IMG/VR virus record: IMGVR_UViG_3300013114_000583
Coordinates: 1-64,000 of that record
Reading direction: 5' to 3' (one strand)
DNA from: a virus
DNA length: 64,000 bases
Below, one piece after another: positions 38,841 to 47,230 of this stretch (positions are counted from its first letter, which is position 1; every line of letters starts with the position of its first letter). The translations under genes were made by a program, and so were the position numbers. Under the pieces are notes generated by a model. It did no database searches. It was given only the letters and a program-made list of their open reading frames with translations, and had not been told where the DNA came from.

Positions 38841-38869
38841 ATTATACAGGAGCTTTCTGCTTTTGTCAA
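38841..38869 (-). promoter_or_regulatory. consensus sigma70 promoter
   Basis: TTGACA-17-TATAAT exact. Confidence 0.9.
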
Positions 38870-38927
38870 CAGGAAAGCGACTTTTATTGTAATTCTTTTT
38901 CTTATATTCTCGACAGATTGTGTCGTA

Positions 38928-39164
38928 TTAGTGAAGTTCGATGCTTGCGGCTGGTGTCATAACAAACTTGATTTCCTGTAAGATTTCCGTGAGCAACTCC
39001 AATTTAGCCTTGTTTGCGTACTTGACCCACGGAATATGGCTCTGTTGAGCAGCAAGGTCGGCAGCTTTAGTATTAAGCAAGGCCACGATATAATCAGTGT
39101 TTGCCAGCGACATCGACAATTCACCTGAGAAAAACTCTCTAATTAATTCTTCGTTCTCAAACAT
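38928..39164 (-). CDS. hypothetical protein
   Basis: start reassigned to MFENEE. Confidence 0.55.
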   Translation of the reverse strand: MFENEELIREFFSGELSMSLANTDYIVALLNTKAADLAAQQSHIPWVKYANKAKLELLTEILQEIKFVMTPAASIELH

Positions 39165-39369
39165 CTTCACTTCCCACTTCTGGTTTGTCCTCAAAGTACG
39201 GCCTCAAAGCCACTTCGACTTGATTGTGCAATATGCTCGTTAACAATATCGCTTCTTCTTCGGTGATTTCCAGCTCAAAAGGTAGTCTCACTTCAACCTT
39301 TATAGAGTCAGAATGAATCTCTGTATCGAAATAAGCACCTGGTGTTAGGCATTTGGTCTTGAGAGCCAT
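39157..39369 (-). CDS. hypothetical protein
   Basis: start reassigned to MALKTK. Confidence 0.6.
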   Translation of the reverse strand: MALKTKCLTPGAYFDTEIHSDSIKVEVRLPFELEITEEEAILLTSILHNQVEVALRPYFEDKPEVGSEDV

Positions 39370-39385
39370 GAAAAATTTCCCGCGA

Positions 39386-39467
39386 AAAGAAAAAAAATGC
39401 GGCGATTGGGCAACGGGCACGAGGCCGATTAATAGTTGATCCCCTTGGCGCGGGCCCAATCGCACGC
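39386..39467 (-). terminator. long-stem terminator-like hairpin
   Basis: GCGATTGGGC...GCCCAATCGC then T-run on minus. Confidence 0.55.
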
Positions 39468-39478
39468 GGCTGAGTCCT

Positions 39479-39742
39479 CTATTTCTTAAAGGTCAGCGAA
39501 CCACGATTGTTCTCAATGAAATTTGCCATTTCTCCGGATTGAATCAACTCCTGATCAATTCGTTCCCACTGGGCCGCATAAAGCGTAACTGGAAAGCGAC
39601 CCATACCATAAACGCTTACTGCACCCTTTTGGGAAACCTTCATTTTTAGACCATTAAGTTTGGCCTGTGCCTTGAGATTTGCATTTTCTGCCTCAACAAC
39701 ATTGAGGCGTTCAAGTAATTCCTGGGCTTGCTCTGGTGACAT
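39479..39742 (-). CDS. conserved phage protein (KVSxKGAVSVYGxGRFPVTLY family)
   Basis: coiled coil plus recognisable motif. Confidence 0.75.
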   Translation of the reverse strand: MSPEQAQELLERLNVVEAENANLKAQAKLNGLKMKVSQKGAVSVYGMGRFPVTLYAAQWERIDQELIQSGEMANFIENNRGSLTFKK

Positions 39743-39775
39743 ATTGAAAATGTCCTTTCTTTATTGTGTATATAT

Positions 39776-39804
39776 ATACTATCACGACTTACTGACAAAT
39801 GCAA
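39776..39804 (-). promoter_or_regulatory. sigma70 promoter
   Basis: TTGCAT-17-TAGTAT, TG extension. Confidence 0.75.
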
Positions 39805-39864
39805 GAAAAAAATGTAGGCAGATGCAAGTTTATTTTACCCACACCTACCTACATTTACCTACAT

Positions 39865-40311
39865 TTACTCGTTACCACAATTAATGTCAATTGATAGCGG
39901 TTGCGCTTCGGGGCGTGGCGGGACCCGAACAGTCAATAAACCATTCTCAAATGATGCAACAGTTCCGGAAAGATCCAGATTATCATCATAATTTACATAA
40001 GTGCGCTTAAAGGCGCGTTGGGCAATGCGTCGGTTTGGCCGTTCTGTAGGGTGATGAATAGCATCAGCTGAAACTGTAATACTTCGTTTGGCTGGCAAGA
40101 CATCGACGGTCAAATCCTCCTTGGTGAACCCTGCAAGAGCAAATTCAAGCACGGTATGATCATCCTCATCACGATAAATGTCAGCCACTGGATAGCCAGA
40201 TGTTGACGCTTCGAGATGACGTGGAAAATCGCTAAACAAGTTTTCAAACACATTGGCGAGCGTGGTGTTGCCCAATAAACCTGGGCGAGTGGATAGTGTA
40301 ATTGCATTCAT
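39865..40311 (-). CDS. small heat shock protein Hsp20
   Basis: GYPVADI, LEFALAGF.KEDL, IAQRAFKR, ASFENGLLTV; start MNAITL after AGGAGG. Confidence 0.9.
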   Translation of the reverse strand: MNAITLSTRPGLLGNTTLANVFENLFSDFPRHLEASTSGYPVADIYRDEDDHTVLEFALAGFTKEDLTVDVLPAKRSITVSADAIHHPTERPNRRIAQRAFKRTYVNYDDNLDLSGTVASFENGLLTVRVPPRPEAQPLSIDINCGNE

Positions 40312-40381
40312 AATTATTCCTCCTTCATTAAGCAAGTTACAATTTTGTGACCGAAACCCTTACGGCGTTTAAAGTCACAAA
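40312..40381 (-). promoter_or_regulatory. ROSE-like RNA thermometer in hsp20 5' UTR
   Basis: CTTGCT opposite SD AGGAG; upstream hairpin TTGTGAC/GTCACAA. Confidence 0.55.
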
Positions 40382-40530
40382 TAATAACGTAAACACATTT
40401 TTTTGTGTGTCAACGCTTTCCTGAGAGTTTTCTACTCTCTAGAATCTTTCTCTGCACCTTCAAAAATTGTGTGCGTGTCAATGGAATGTAATTACCAGTG
40501 CGATTATCCTTTACGAAAAATCGCGATGAC

Positions 40531-40728
40531 CTATTTATGCCTCGCAAGTATTTCTCCCTCCCAATCTTCGATGGCAGCTTGACGCAGCAGCTCCGTACTC
40601 TCATCATCATAGACCGCACAGCCCCGAGTTTCAAGGTGAAGCTGCAATTCCGCTCTGGACATCTGCTGTATCTCTATCAAACTTGTATTTGCAAACGTCC
40701 ATCCGACCCGTTCCATTCTAATCTTCAT
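40531..40728 (-). CDS. hypothetical protein
   Basis: 65-aa ORF. Confidence 0.55.
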   Translation of the reverse strand: MKIRMERVGWTFANTSLIEIQQMSRAELQLHLETRGCAVYDDESTELLRQAAIEDWEGEILARHK

Positions 40729-40950
40729 TCTTCTGGCCCCACAACCGAATCAACCCACTTTAGGACTGGCAAACCCATAACCAACGACAGGTACACGCCA
40801 AAAATAAACCCACATATTTCAATAAAATCCATGTTTAACCGAAGAGGCCCGCTATTTTACGGCCAATCTCACACAAGCCGTCTACACCGACAGCATCACC
40901 GAGAAGGAAAGCCGTCACAAAAATTATCAGATATTCAAAAAACTTCATCA

Positions 40951-41205
40951 CTAAGCCACAATGTCAGCCACTCGTCGAGCTAATCCGACATGGCAAGAAG
41001 TAGTTTGTGAGTGATACTCCCAATTACCCGGCGAAGTGTAATCGCGGACAATCTTTTTACCAGTAACCTTGCAAGTATCACCTATCTGAAGCCTATAAGA
41101 GAACAATTTCATCCCATCAGTTGTTAGTGAACCGCGGTGGTTTTCGGCGGGTGGGCCTGATACGGACCAGTTGAGGACCACTTGATCATTTCTTACTCTT
41201 TTCAC
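40951..41205 (-). CDS. hypothetical protein
   Basis: 84-aa ORF, AAGGA SD. Confidence 0.6.
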   Translation of the reverse strand: MKRVRNDQVVLNWSVSGPPAENHRGSLTTDGMKLFSYRLQIGDTCKVTGKKIVRDYTSPGNWEYHSQTTSCHVGLARRVADIVA

Positions 41206-41214
41206 TTTTTTTCC

Positions 41215-41526
41215 TTAATTATCCAGGGTAAAACGTAGACCAAGGCAACCAGGCCCAGACCTGCGATCAAGCAACCTGCTTCGATTATCTTGCGGCGAAT
41301 CATCTTTAATCCTCTTAATTTCCTCGAATACTCTAATTCTATCATCACTCGGGATAGAAGTCAAGATTTTTGAACGACGTGGGTCAGGGAATCTCATCAA
41401 ATGGCGAGCGAGCCTTCTAACCTGTGCATTTGTCATCTGATATAACACTCTTGATTCTCCAATCAAAGCCCTTTTCAACTCGAATTTTATATGCTTCTCT
41501 CGCGGCCTCCGCGAAAGTGTGAGCAT
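41215..41526 (-). CDS. hypothetical basic protein
   Basis: 103-aa ORF. Confidence 0.5.
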   Translation of the reverse strand: MLTLSRRPREKHIKFELKRALIGESRVLYQMTNAQVRRLARHLMRFPDPRRSKILTSIPSDDRIRVFEEIKRIKDDSPQDNRSRLLDRRSGPGCLGLRFTLDN

Positions 41527-41599
41527 TAAAAGTTGCGCGGTGAAAAATACTGTTTGTTTTTACATTTTCTAAAATTATATAATAACTTCTCATCTTCCT

Positions 41600-41860
41600 T
41601 TATCCATTATTATGGTGACCAGGATACATCGGAAAAGGCACAGAATAACAATCCTTGACATCAACACGGATTGGATAACGCTTCCCGTTGTCCACCAGCT
41701 TCAGGTTAGCATAAACCTTTGAATTTTTAATGTCTAATTCTAAACCTACTACGCGGGCTTGGTATTTATATCCAAGAGAAACTGTCACCCTATCTCCTGA
41801 TCTAATGTTATTCGGATTATATTTGTCATACAACCTCTCTATTTCTCTGTTTGAAATCAT
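41600..41860 (-). CDS. KOW/SH3-like small protein
   Basis: IRSGDRVTV..ARVVG. Confidence 0.65.
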   Translation of the reverse strand: MISNREIERLYDKYNPNNIRSGDRVTVSLGYKYQARVVGLELDIKNSKVYANLKLVDNGKRYPIRVDVKDCYSVPFPMYPGHHNNG

Positions 41861-41878
41861 TATTTATCCTCTGGTCCT

Positions 41879-41965
41879 TGGTAGCTAGGGCGGGACTCGA
41901 ACCCGCAAAGTCAAATGACCGGCAGATTTTAAGTCTGCTGTGTATGCCAGTTCCACCACCTAGCC
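41879..41965 (-). tRNA. tRNA-Leu (UAA)
   Basis: GGCTAGG acceptor, anticodon loop CTTAAAA, long variable arm, encoded CCA. Confidence 0.95.
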
Positions 41966-41969
41966 TCAG

Positions 41970-42042
41970 TGGGGCATCCGAGGCTCGAACTCGGAACCAG
42001 CGGATTAAAAGTCCGATGCGCTACCAATTGCGCCAATGCCCC
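41970..42042 (-). tRNA. tRNA-Lys (UUU)
   Basis: GGGGCAT/ATGCCCC acceptor, loop CTTTTAA, TTCGAG. Confidence 0.95.
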
Positions 42043-42052
42043 ATTATTTATA

Positions 42053-42081
42053 ATAATAGCATGATTTATGGCGGTTGTCAA
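42053..42081 (-). promoter_or_regulatory. sigma70 promoter for tRNA pair
   Basis: TTGACA-17-TATTAT. Confidence 0.8.
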
Positions 42082-42217
42082 GCTCTTTCTATTCGAGAAA
42101 ATTTGATCTTATCACCATACTCTTCAAGGAGTTTTTGCTTCTTTTTCTCACAAATACTCTTGAGTGCGTAAATGTGTTGGCTTTCTCCTCTGGAGACCCT
42201 ATACGTCAAACGATAAA

Positions 42218-42397
42218 TCACTTCTTCTTTTTTTGGCATCTCTTCACCATCTCTAAATGAATAGGACTAACAATCCATTCATTTCCTGTTTCTGTTCTAA
42301 TTACGGCATCCATCGTGTAGGCGTAAAATCCAACTACCTCGCCCTCAATGTTGCCCTTGTTTGTGATCTTAACTCGATCACCCCTTTTAAAGCTCAT
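42218..42397 (-). CDS. KOW/SH3-like small protein (59 aa)
   Basis: MSFKRGDRVKI..GEVVG..; below ORF-track cutoff. Confidence 0.7.
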   Translation of the reverse strand: MSFKRGDRVKITNKGNIEGEVVGFYAYTMDAVIRTETGNEWIVSPIHLEMVKRCQKKKK

Positions 42398-42612
42398 TTT
42401 ACCTCCACCTTATGTAAATATCTAACTGCGCAATTCCCCGTATGGGGGATGGCCCATTCTCGTTTTCCACCACGAGTACCAGACCAATAGACGCGGGCCC
42501 GCATTGGCTCCCCCAAGCTATTCTTCAGGGTAATCTCTGTTACGACACCCAAGCCATACAACTCAGGTGGAGCACAGAAATTATCCATAGTCACCAGATC
42601 ACCTACTTTCAC
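42394..42612 (-). CDS. MKVGDLV-family cassette protein
   Basis: N-terminal motif; array junction. Confidence 0.8.
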   Translation of the reverse strand: MKVGDLVTMDNFCAPPELYGLGVVTEITLKNSLGEPMRARVYWSGTRGGKREWAIPHTGNCAVRYLHKVEVK

Positions 42613-42787
42613 TGACTAGCTCCACGAAATTAGCACCAAACTTAGTATAATGCGAACCAACCATGACTCGTAAAGTTCGTTGAGACGAAGGTCGATGATG
42701 ATCACCGATCCCTACTACGATTCCGACCTTCCCGCCCCACCAGTAATAGCTATCCTCTGGCAATCTGACCAAATCACCGACTTTCAC
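42599..42787 (-). CDS. MKVGDLV-family cassette protein
   Basis: MKVGDLV...ELVSESR. Confidence 0.8.
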   Translation of the reverse strand: MKVGDLVRLPEDSYYWWGGKVGIVVGIGDHHRPSSQRTLRVMVGSHYTKFGANFVELVSESR

Positions 42788-42959
42788 TTAACACCTCAAA
42801 ATCTGTGTCATAGCTTAACACCTCATAGTCACCATCGAAGTAAAGACACATCATGAACGCAGGCTGATCGCCGGTTGTCGCGACAACCTCCGTTATGATT
42901 CCAACCGGATGGACGCCGGGCGAGACTATATTCACTTTTATCAAATCACCGACTTTCAC
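42774..42959 (-). CDS. MKVGDLV-family cassette protein
   Basis: MKVGDLI...EVLSESR. Confidence 0.8.
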   Translation of the reverse strand: MKVGDLIKVNIVSPGVHPVGIITEVVATTGDQPAFMMCLYFDGDYEVLSYDTDFEVLSESR

Positions 42960-43134
42960 TAATAACCTCTATATCTCTGATGTCTGACCAGAATGTACCA
43001 TAGTCACCGTCCCAACGTACCCTGTACGACATATGGTCACGGTCAACGGCAGCAAAACGGGCTTCAATGATTAGGCCCACGAACACCCTGCCTCTGGGTC
43101 GACCCCGCTTCTGAACCAAGTCACCGACTTTCAC
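42946..43134 (-). CDS. MKVGDLV-family cassette protein
   Basis: MKVGDLV...EVISESR. Confidence 0.8.
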   Translation of the reverse strand: MKVGDLVQKRGRPRGRVFVGLIIEARFAAVDRDHMSYRVRWDGDYGTFWSDIRDIEVISESR

Positions 43135-43309
43135 TTACAACCTCCAAGCTTGGGGTGATAGTAGTAAACAACTGACCCGTTACCACCGATCGGATCTTAA
43201 GCGGAAAACCATGATGCTCAACTATAATACACAAACGATGACCCTCTGGTAAGTGTCTTAGATCCATCGGCGGAAGGCCAGTCCATCGCACCAAGTCACC
43301 GACCTTCAT
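43121..43309 (-). CDS. MKVGDLV-family cassette protein
   Basis: MKVGDLV...EVVSESR. Confidence 0.8.
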   Translation of the reverse strand: MKVGDLVRWTGLPPMDLRHLPEGHRLCIIVEHHGFPLKIRSVVTGQLFTTITPSLEVVSESR

Positions 43310-43536
43310 TTCCATAGTGTCACGATATGGCCGAACTCTCTATCAAATACCTTAACCAAGCCCTCGTAATCACCCATCATCATCACTTTGCAGATGGCAG
43401 CAATTCGGCTTTCTGAATATCCCAGCTTTCGACCGATGGTTCGAGCAGCGGAACATAAAGCAAAGGCGTTCCCCTCTGCCCCGGTTAGATCAATTTCAAT
43501 AGACCCTATGGGTTTATCCTTTTTTGAGCGAATCAT
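43306..43536 (-). CDS. conserved phage hypothetical protein (IDLTGxxGNAF family)
   Basis: EIDLTGAEGNAF...GDYEGLVKVFDREFG; unrelated insert in array. Confidence 0.75.
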   Translation of the reverse strand: MIRSKKDKPIGSIEIDLTGAEGNAFALCSAARTIGRKLGYSESRIAAICKVMMMGDYEGLVKVFDREFGHIVTLWK

Positions 43537-43736
43537 TGAGCGGTACTTCTCACGATGAATTCGTTTTTTCTGTAGTACCGCACAGGCTCGCCAGGATATA
43601 AAACCTTTATTGAGTATCCGTCGAAGGCAGGATTAACCGTGGCGTGGACATGGTTGCCGATGTAGACACCGACCGTACCTTGTTCGTGAGGTTCAATCCT
43701 GCCCCAACGCTTCTGTACCAAATCACCGACTTTCAC
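43533..43736 (-). CDS. MKVGDLV-family cassette protein
   Basis: N-terminal motif. Confidence 0.8.
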   Translation of the reverse strand: MKVGDLVQKRWGRIEPHEQGTVGVYIGNHVHATVNPAFDGYSIKVLYPGEPVRYYRKNEFIVRSTAQ

Positions 43737-43890
43737 TGATAACCTCGTATTCGCTCATCCACTCCCAATAAATGCTGCTCTCCGTATCAAGAATCAAAAT
43801 ATGCGGGACGGTATGCCGTTGATTCTTGATCTCAAGAACAATTCCTGAGCAGCCTGCGCTTTTGTTCCTCACCAAGTCACCGACCTTCAT
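43723..43890 (-). CDS. MKVGDLV-family cassette protein (55 aa)
   Basis: MKVGDLVRNKSAGCSGIVLE...EVISESR; below ORF-track cutoff. Confidence 0.8.
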   Translation of the reverse strand: MKVGDLVRNKSAGCSGIVLEIKNQRHTVPHILILDTESSIYWEWMSEYEVISESR

Positions 43891-44077
43891 TTAGCACCAC
43901 CAACATATCAGCACGAATCATCTTTGATCCCGAAGACACCAGTGCTACCTTATACCAAAGATGATTTGAGATCCCGTAGTCCACCCCAGACTCAGTAGAA
44001 ACAACAATACCAACTTCACCATACCAAGGTGGCCTAAGTGTGCCGCCTTCCATTTTTACTAAATCACCTGCGCGCAT
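43877..44077 (-). CDS. MKVGDLV-family cassette protein
   Basis: start reassigned to MRAGDLV; ends NEGR. Confidence 0.8.
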   Translation of the reverse strand: MRAGDLVKMEGGTLRPPWYGEVGIVVSTESGVDYGISNHLWYKVALVSSGSKMIRADMLVVLNEGR

Positions 44078-44279
44078 ATTTAAGTTCCAACCTTGAGTGT
44101 GCAGGAGGGAATCGGTCGCTACGATTGGAATCAGCCTTTGTCCATTGAACATAATAAGGATAATTTCGACCAGGGAGTACCTTGGTTATTAGCCCCACCT
44201 GGTCTTCGCGTGCTAACCAAAGGTTGTAGTCGCGATCTTTGCCGTATGCGGACAACCTCACTAGATCACCGACCTTCAC
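44064..44279 (-). CDS. MKVGDLV-family cassette protein
   Basis: LSAYG subfamily. Confidence 0.8.
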   Translation of the reverse strand: MKVGDLVRLSAYGKDRDYNLWLAREDQVGLITKVLPGRNYPYYVQWTKADSNRSDRFPPAHSRLELKYARR

Positions 44280-44469
44280 TTACCACCTTCAAATCATAGT
44301 CCCACACATTGTTCCCAACGGTACCGTTCCACCACAAGACCTTGAACACCTTATTGGTGCAACCCAGACCCTTGTTGTGTCCGATATTCTCAACGATCAC
44401 ACCAATCTTGTTCGGCACAATCCGGAACCTGCTTGGATGGTTGTCTTTCACTAAGTCACCGACTTTCAC
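44266..44469 (-). CDS. MKVGDLV-family cassette protein
   Basis: MKVGDLV...VVSEGR. Confidence 0.8.
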   Translation of the reverse strand: MKVGDLVKDNHPSRFRIVPNKIGVIVENIGHNKGLGCTNKVFKVLWWNGTVGNNVWDYDLKVVSEGR

Positions 44470-44690
44470 TTTGTCAACCTCGTGAAATAATCACAATGAA
44501 CTGTCTTTTTGCTACCATCATGGTGCAAAAGGTCAGCCCAGCCCTCCTCTAGCGAATTATTGCCAGTCCAGCCCAGAAAAATCAGCGGTGATGCGCGGGC
44601 GACCGATTGTGCAAACCACTCAGAAGGCTTAACATGCTCTAGCTCCGGTACCGAACCCCAGTTAAGAAAAACCAAATCACCAACCTTCAT
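44466..44690 (-). CDS. MKVGDLV-family cassette protein
   Basis: N-terminal motif. Confidence 0.8.
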   Translation of the reverse strand: MKVGDLVFLNWGSVPELEHVKPSEWFAQSVARASPLIFLGWTGNNSLEEGWADLLHHDGSKKTVHCDYFTRLTK

Positions 44691-44869
44691 AATTTAATCA
44701 GCTCCTCCTCTGAATACCAATCCCTCTCCGAAATACAGTGGTCCACCCATCGTACCCTGTACGGAACTCTTCCAGCTTTCGCCCGGTTTGATTCTATCCC
44801 TATAACGAGACCAACCTCTATGCGGCGGTGGCCATGATGGCGGTACCGAACCAAATCACCGACTTTCAT
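44687..44869 (-). CDS. MKVGDLV-family cassette protein
   Basis: N-terminal motif. Confidence 0.8.
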   Translation of the reverse strand: MKVGDLVRYRHHGHRRIEVGLVIGIESNRAKAGRVPYRVRWVDHCISERDWYSEEELIKL

Positions 44870-45047
44870 TGATTACTTCCAAGTCTTCTCTCTTGGTGAG
44901 GGTTCTTACATTATTGTCTTTATTCCACATTACGGCCTTCCTTTCATCTGTTCCAGGGATGCACCGAATAATGAGACCACACCAGTCTTTCCAATAGTTT
45001 ATAACAACCCCGTTTGGTGTGTATCTTACCAAGTCACCGACTTTCAC
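44856..45047 (-). CDS. MKVGDLV-family cassette protein
   Basis: MKVGDLV...EVINESR. Confidence 0.8.
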   Translation of the reverse strand: MKVGDLVRYTPNGVVINYWKDWCGLIIRCIPGTDERKAVMWNKDNNVRTLTKREDLEVINESR

Positions 45048-45231
45048 TGACTAACTCCAAGTGAACCGGATCAACCTGGCTCATACCACAATCGCAACAA
45101 ATGATAAAACTGTGGGCACGTTGGGCGTAGGGCATTTGGTACGCCGTGACCACAATCGCTGTCGCACATCTTACATCGCCCGCTTGACCCGAACAGCAAA
45201 GTATCGGTCTTACCAGGTCACCGACCTTCAT
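45034..45231 (-). CDS. MKVGDLV-family cassette protein (Cys-rich)
   Basis: MKVGDLV...ELVSESR. Confidence 0.8.
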   Translation of the reverse strand: MKVGDLVRPILCCSGQAGDVRCATAIVVTAYQMPYAQRAHSFIICCDCGMSQVDPVHLELVSESR

Positions 45232-45500
45232 GGAATCTGCACCCCGTTCCTAATAACCTCAAATTCGCTTCTAAGGTTGTGGATGTTTGTGCCAGCATAA
45301 CCATGAGCGCGGTTGTACATTTGCGGGATCTCTCCCTGCCATGCAACAAACACGTTGTTTTGGTGCCCCCACTTATCCTTACGAATCTCGTATACAACTC
45401 CAGTATATACCCGGCCTTGATAACCGCTGCTCCAGCGGACGCGGTCGTCAGGAGTGACGACGAGCAAGTCACCAAGTTTTGGATGCCTACTTTGCCTCAC
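45228..45500 (-). CDS. KOW/SH3-like cassette protein
   Basis: PKLGDLLVV..TGVV..VFVAW. Confidence 0.75.
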   Translation of the reverse strand: MRQSRHPKLGDLLVVTPDDRVRWSSGYQGRVYTGVVYEIRKDKWGHQNNVFVAWQGEIPQMYNRAHGYAGTNIHNLRSEFEVIRNGVQIP

Positions 45501-45672
45501 TGATTAGCTCACAATCATTTTCAATGTACTCCCTGGGAAACCAAGCTACGTTGGGGACGCCCCTAACCACGTCTGCTACCTTATACGTAATAACATCAGA
45601 TTTACTGTCCTTGTCCACTATCAATCCTATCTCGGGATAACCTTTTTCTCTCACCAAATCACCGACTTTCAC
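45487..45672 (-). CDS. MKVGDLV-family cassette protein
   Basis: MKVGDLV...ELISEAK. Confidence 0.8.
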   Translation of the reverse strand: MKVGDLVREKGYPEIGLIVDKDSKSDVITYKVADVVRGVPNVAWFPREYIENDCELISEAK

Positions 45673-45865
45673 TGATTACATCCACATACTGCTCGTTCCA
45701 CCGCTCTTTGTGTCCTAGATTTGTTAACACCCAAATATCAGGATGTAGACACGGACTTTGGTCAATGTGTGTAAGTTCCCCGTCGTACCCAACCGCAAGA
45801 ATGAAACCAGTGGAATTCCAGCTTATATATTCAGACTTGTATTTTACTATGTCACCGACCTTCAC
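45659..45865 (-). CDS. MKVGDLV-family cassette protein
   Basis: MKVGDIV...VISESR. Confidence 0.8.
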   Translation of the reverse strand: MKVGDIVKYKSEYISWNSTGFILAVGYDGELTHIDQSPCLHPDIWVLTNLGHKERWNEQYVDVISESR

Positions 45866-46055
45866 TGATTAACTCCAGGTCTTCCTCAAAACAACTATCA
45901 AATTCACCGCTCTGTATCAGTACGTCAACAAGATAATAACATTCATATGGATAAGCCTCTCCACCCGGCTTGCAATCTTCGGAAAGCCTAGGCTTAGACA
46001 TAACAATACCTACTTCATCACAGTGTACTACGAAGACCAAATCACCGGGTTTCAT
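45852..46055 (-). CDS. MKVGDLV-family cassette protein
   Basis: MKPGDLV...ELISEGR. Confidence 0.8.
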   Translation of the reverse strand: MKPGDLVFVVHCDEVGIVMSKPRLSEDCKPGGEAYPYECYYLVDVLIQSGEFDSCFEEDLELISEGR

Positions 46056-46230
46056 TTTTTATTGCTTGCACATCTTCAGAAGACTCCCAAACCGTATCAA
46101 TTATTGACGGCCTGCACCACCTAACTTTAGCCATTTTCGATTCAACGCAAAGAACCAAACCAACATCATTAAGGACTTTTTCAGTCATCCACTCATTCGG
46201 TTTGTATTTGACCAAATCACCGGGTTTCAT
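46042..46230 (-). CDS. MKVGDLV-family cassette protein
   Basis: MKPGDLV...NETR. Confidence 0.8.
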   Translation of the reverse strand: MKPGDLVKYKPNEWMTEKVLNDVGLVLCVESKMAKVRWCRPSIIDTVWESSEDVQAIKNETR

Positions 46231-46414
46231 CTACTTCGCCCCAAGCGCACTCCATAACCGCCGCAGAACACTCGTCCAAAGCTATCTTTAGTTTAGATTC
46301 TTCTAGGGAATTACACGATGTCTCTGGTTCGCCAGGTGACGAACTTTTGTGGGTAGCATACGCAAATACCATGAGCAAAATTCCTAATGCTATAACTAGC
46401 TCGCCAATTTTCAT
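46217..46414 (-). CDS. small membrane/secreted protein with cassette-type ends
   Basis: MKIGELV then hydrophobic helix; ends EVDETR with 14-nt overlap. Confidence 0.65.
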   Translation of the reverse strand: MKIGELVIALGILLMVFAYATHKSSSPGEPETSCNSLEESKLKIALDECSAAVMECAWGEVDETR

Positions 46415-46737
46415 CTTTCAGTCCAAGGGCCTTTAACAACATTTCCCAGCTCAAACCCAGCTTGGAGTGCAGCGTCTCGGGCTGCCTCTATCTGTGCAGA
46501 ATATTCAGAAGTCAGTGACCACTTAATAGTCGCAGAGGCGTCATCGAGAACGCCCTGTACCTTACCCTCGCAAATACAAGCGAGCAAGGTACAAAACATG
46601 GCTGATGCGCGAGGATCGTCAAAAACTCCGGTTTCATAAGCATGAGCAATATCGTGTAATATCTTCGTACCTTGACGGTTCACGTTTTTCTTTGCAGACA
46701 AGAAGGATTCATACAACTCGGACATAAAAGTCTCCAT
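46411..46737 (-). CDS. hypothetical protein (first gene of array operon)
   Basis: 108-aa ORF directly after promoter. Confidence 0.65.
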   Translation of the reverse strand: METFMSELYESFLSAKKNVNRQGTKILHDIAHAYETGVFDDPRASAMFCTLLACICEGKVQGVLDDASATIKWSLTSEYSAQIEAARDAALQAGFELGNVVKGPWTER

Positions 46738-46756
46738 AGATTTCTAGTGTATATAT

Positions 46757-46785
46757 ATAATATCATGGCCAGAACAACAAGTCAA
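46757..46785 (-). promoter_or_regulatory. sigma70 promoter driving cassette array 1
   Basis: TTGACT-17-TATTAT, TG extension. Confidence 0.75.
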
Positions 46786-46907
46786 GGACATAGTTCATTT
46801 ATTTATGAGACATCGATGTCTCACTATTTACGCCACCAATCAATAGCAAGTTGACCAACAAATAGACCAATAGCAATCGCGAACACTGTCGCAATAAAAC
46901 TTGACAT

Positions 46908-47228
46908 TTACCCCCCCTTTCGTAAAACCTCATCCAGTACAATTCCGCGATCGAACGAACCCTTAGTTTCTCGTTTTATAGAAGCCGTCCTCTTAACATC
47001 ATTCAAAGACAGTTTCCAGTTTTTTACCAAAGATAAAAAAACCTCATAAATATCCGCTGCTTCATCGAGACATGGAGTCTCTGAAAATTCAAGTAGTTCC
47101 TCCCTCATCTTCTCGATGAGAAGGGCGTCAAATTCTGCGCTGTCAGCAACGTGGGCGCGCAGCTCTTGGCCGGATTCTCTTATGATTCCTGGTATCTTAT
47201 CTCTTACCAGTTTTGGTAAACGCGCCAT
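46908..47228 (-). CDS. MazG-like/PRA-PH-like nucleoside triphosphate pyrophosphohydrolase
   Basis: KLVRDKIP, KMREELLE, EAADIYEV, KRETKGSF. Confidence 0.85.
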   Translation of the reverse strand: MARLPKLVRDKIPGIIRESGQELRAHVADSAEFDALLIEKMREELLEFSETPCLDEAADIYEVFLSLVKNWKLSLNDVKRTASIKRETKGSFDRGIVLDEVLRKGG

Positions 47229-47230
47229 TC

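Larger units (their letters stand above)
42599..46230 (-). repeat. dispersed ~30-bp junction repeat GAGGTnRTnAGTGAARGTCGGTGAYYTRGT separating cassette genes
   Basis: recurs about every 170-220 bp; also at 48076-49063. Confidence 0.85.

Noticed and set aside
42599-46230. CRISPR array
   Set aside because: Repeats are degenerate and coding, intervals are ~170-220 bp ORFs, and there are no cas genes.
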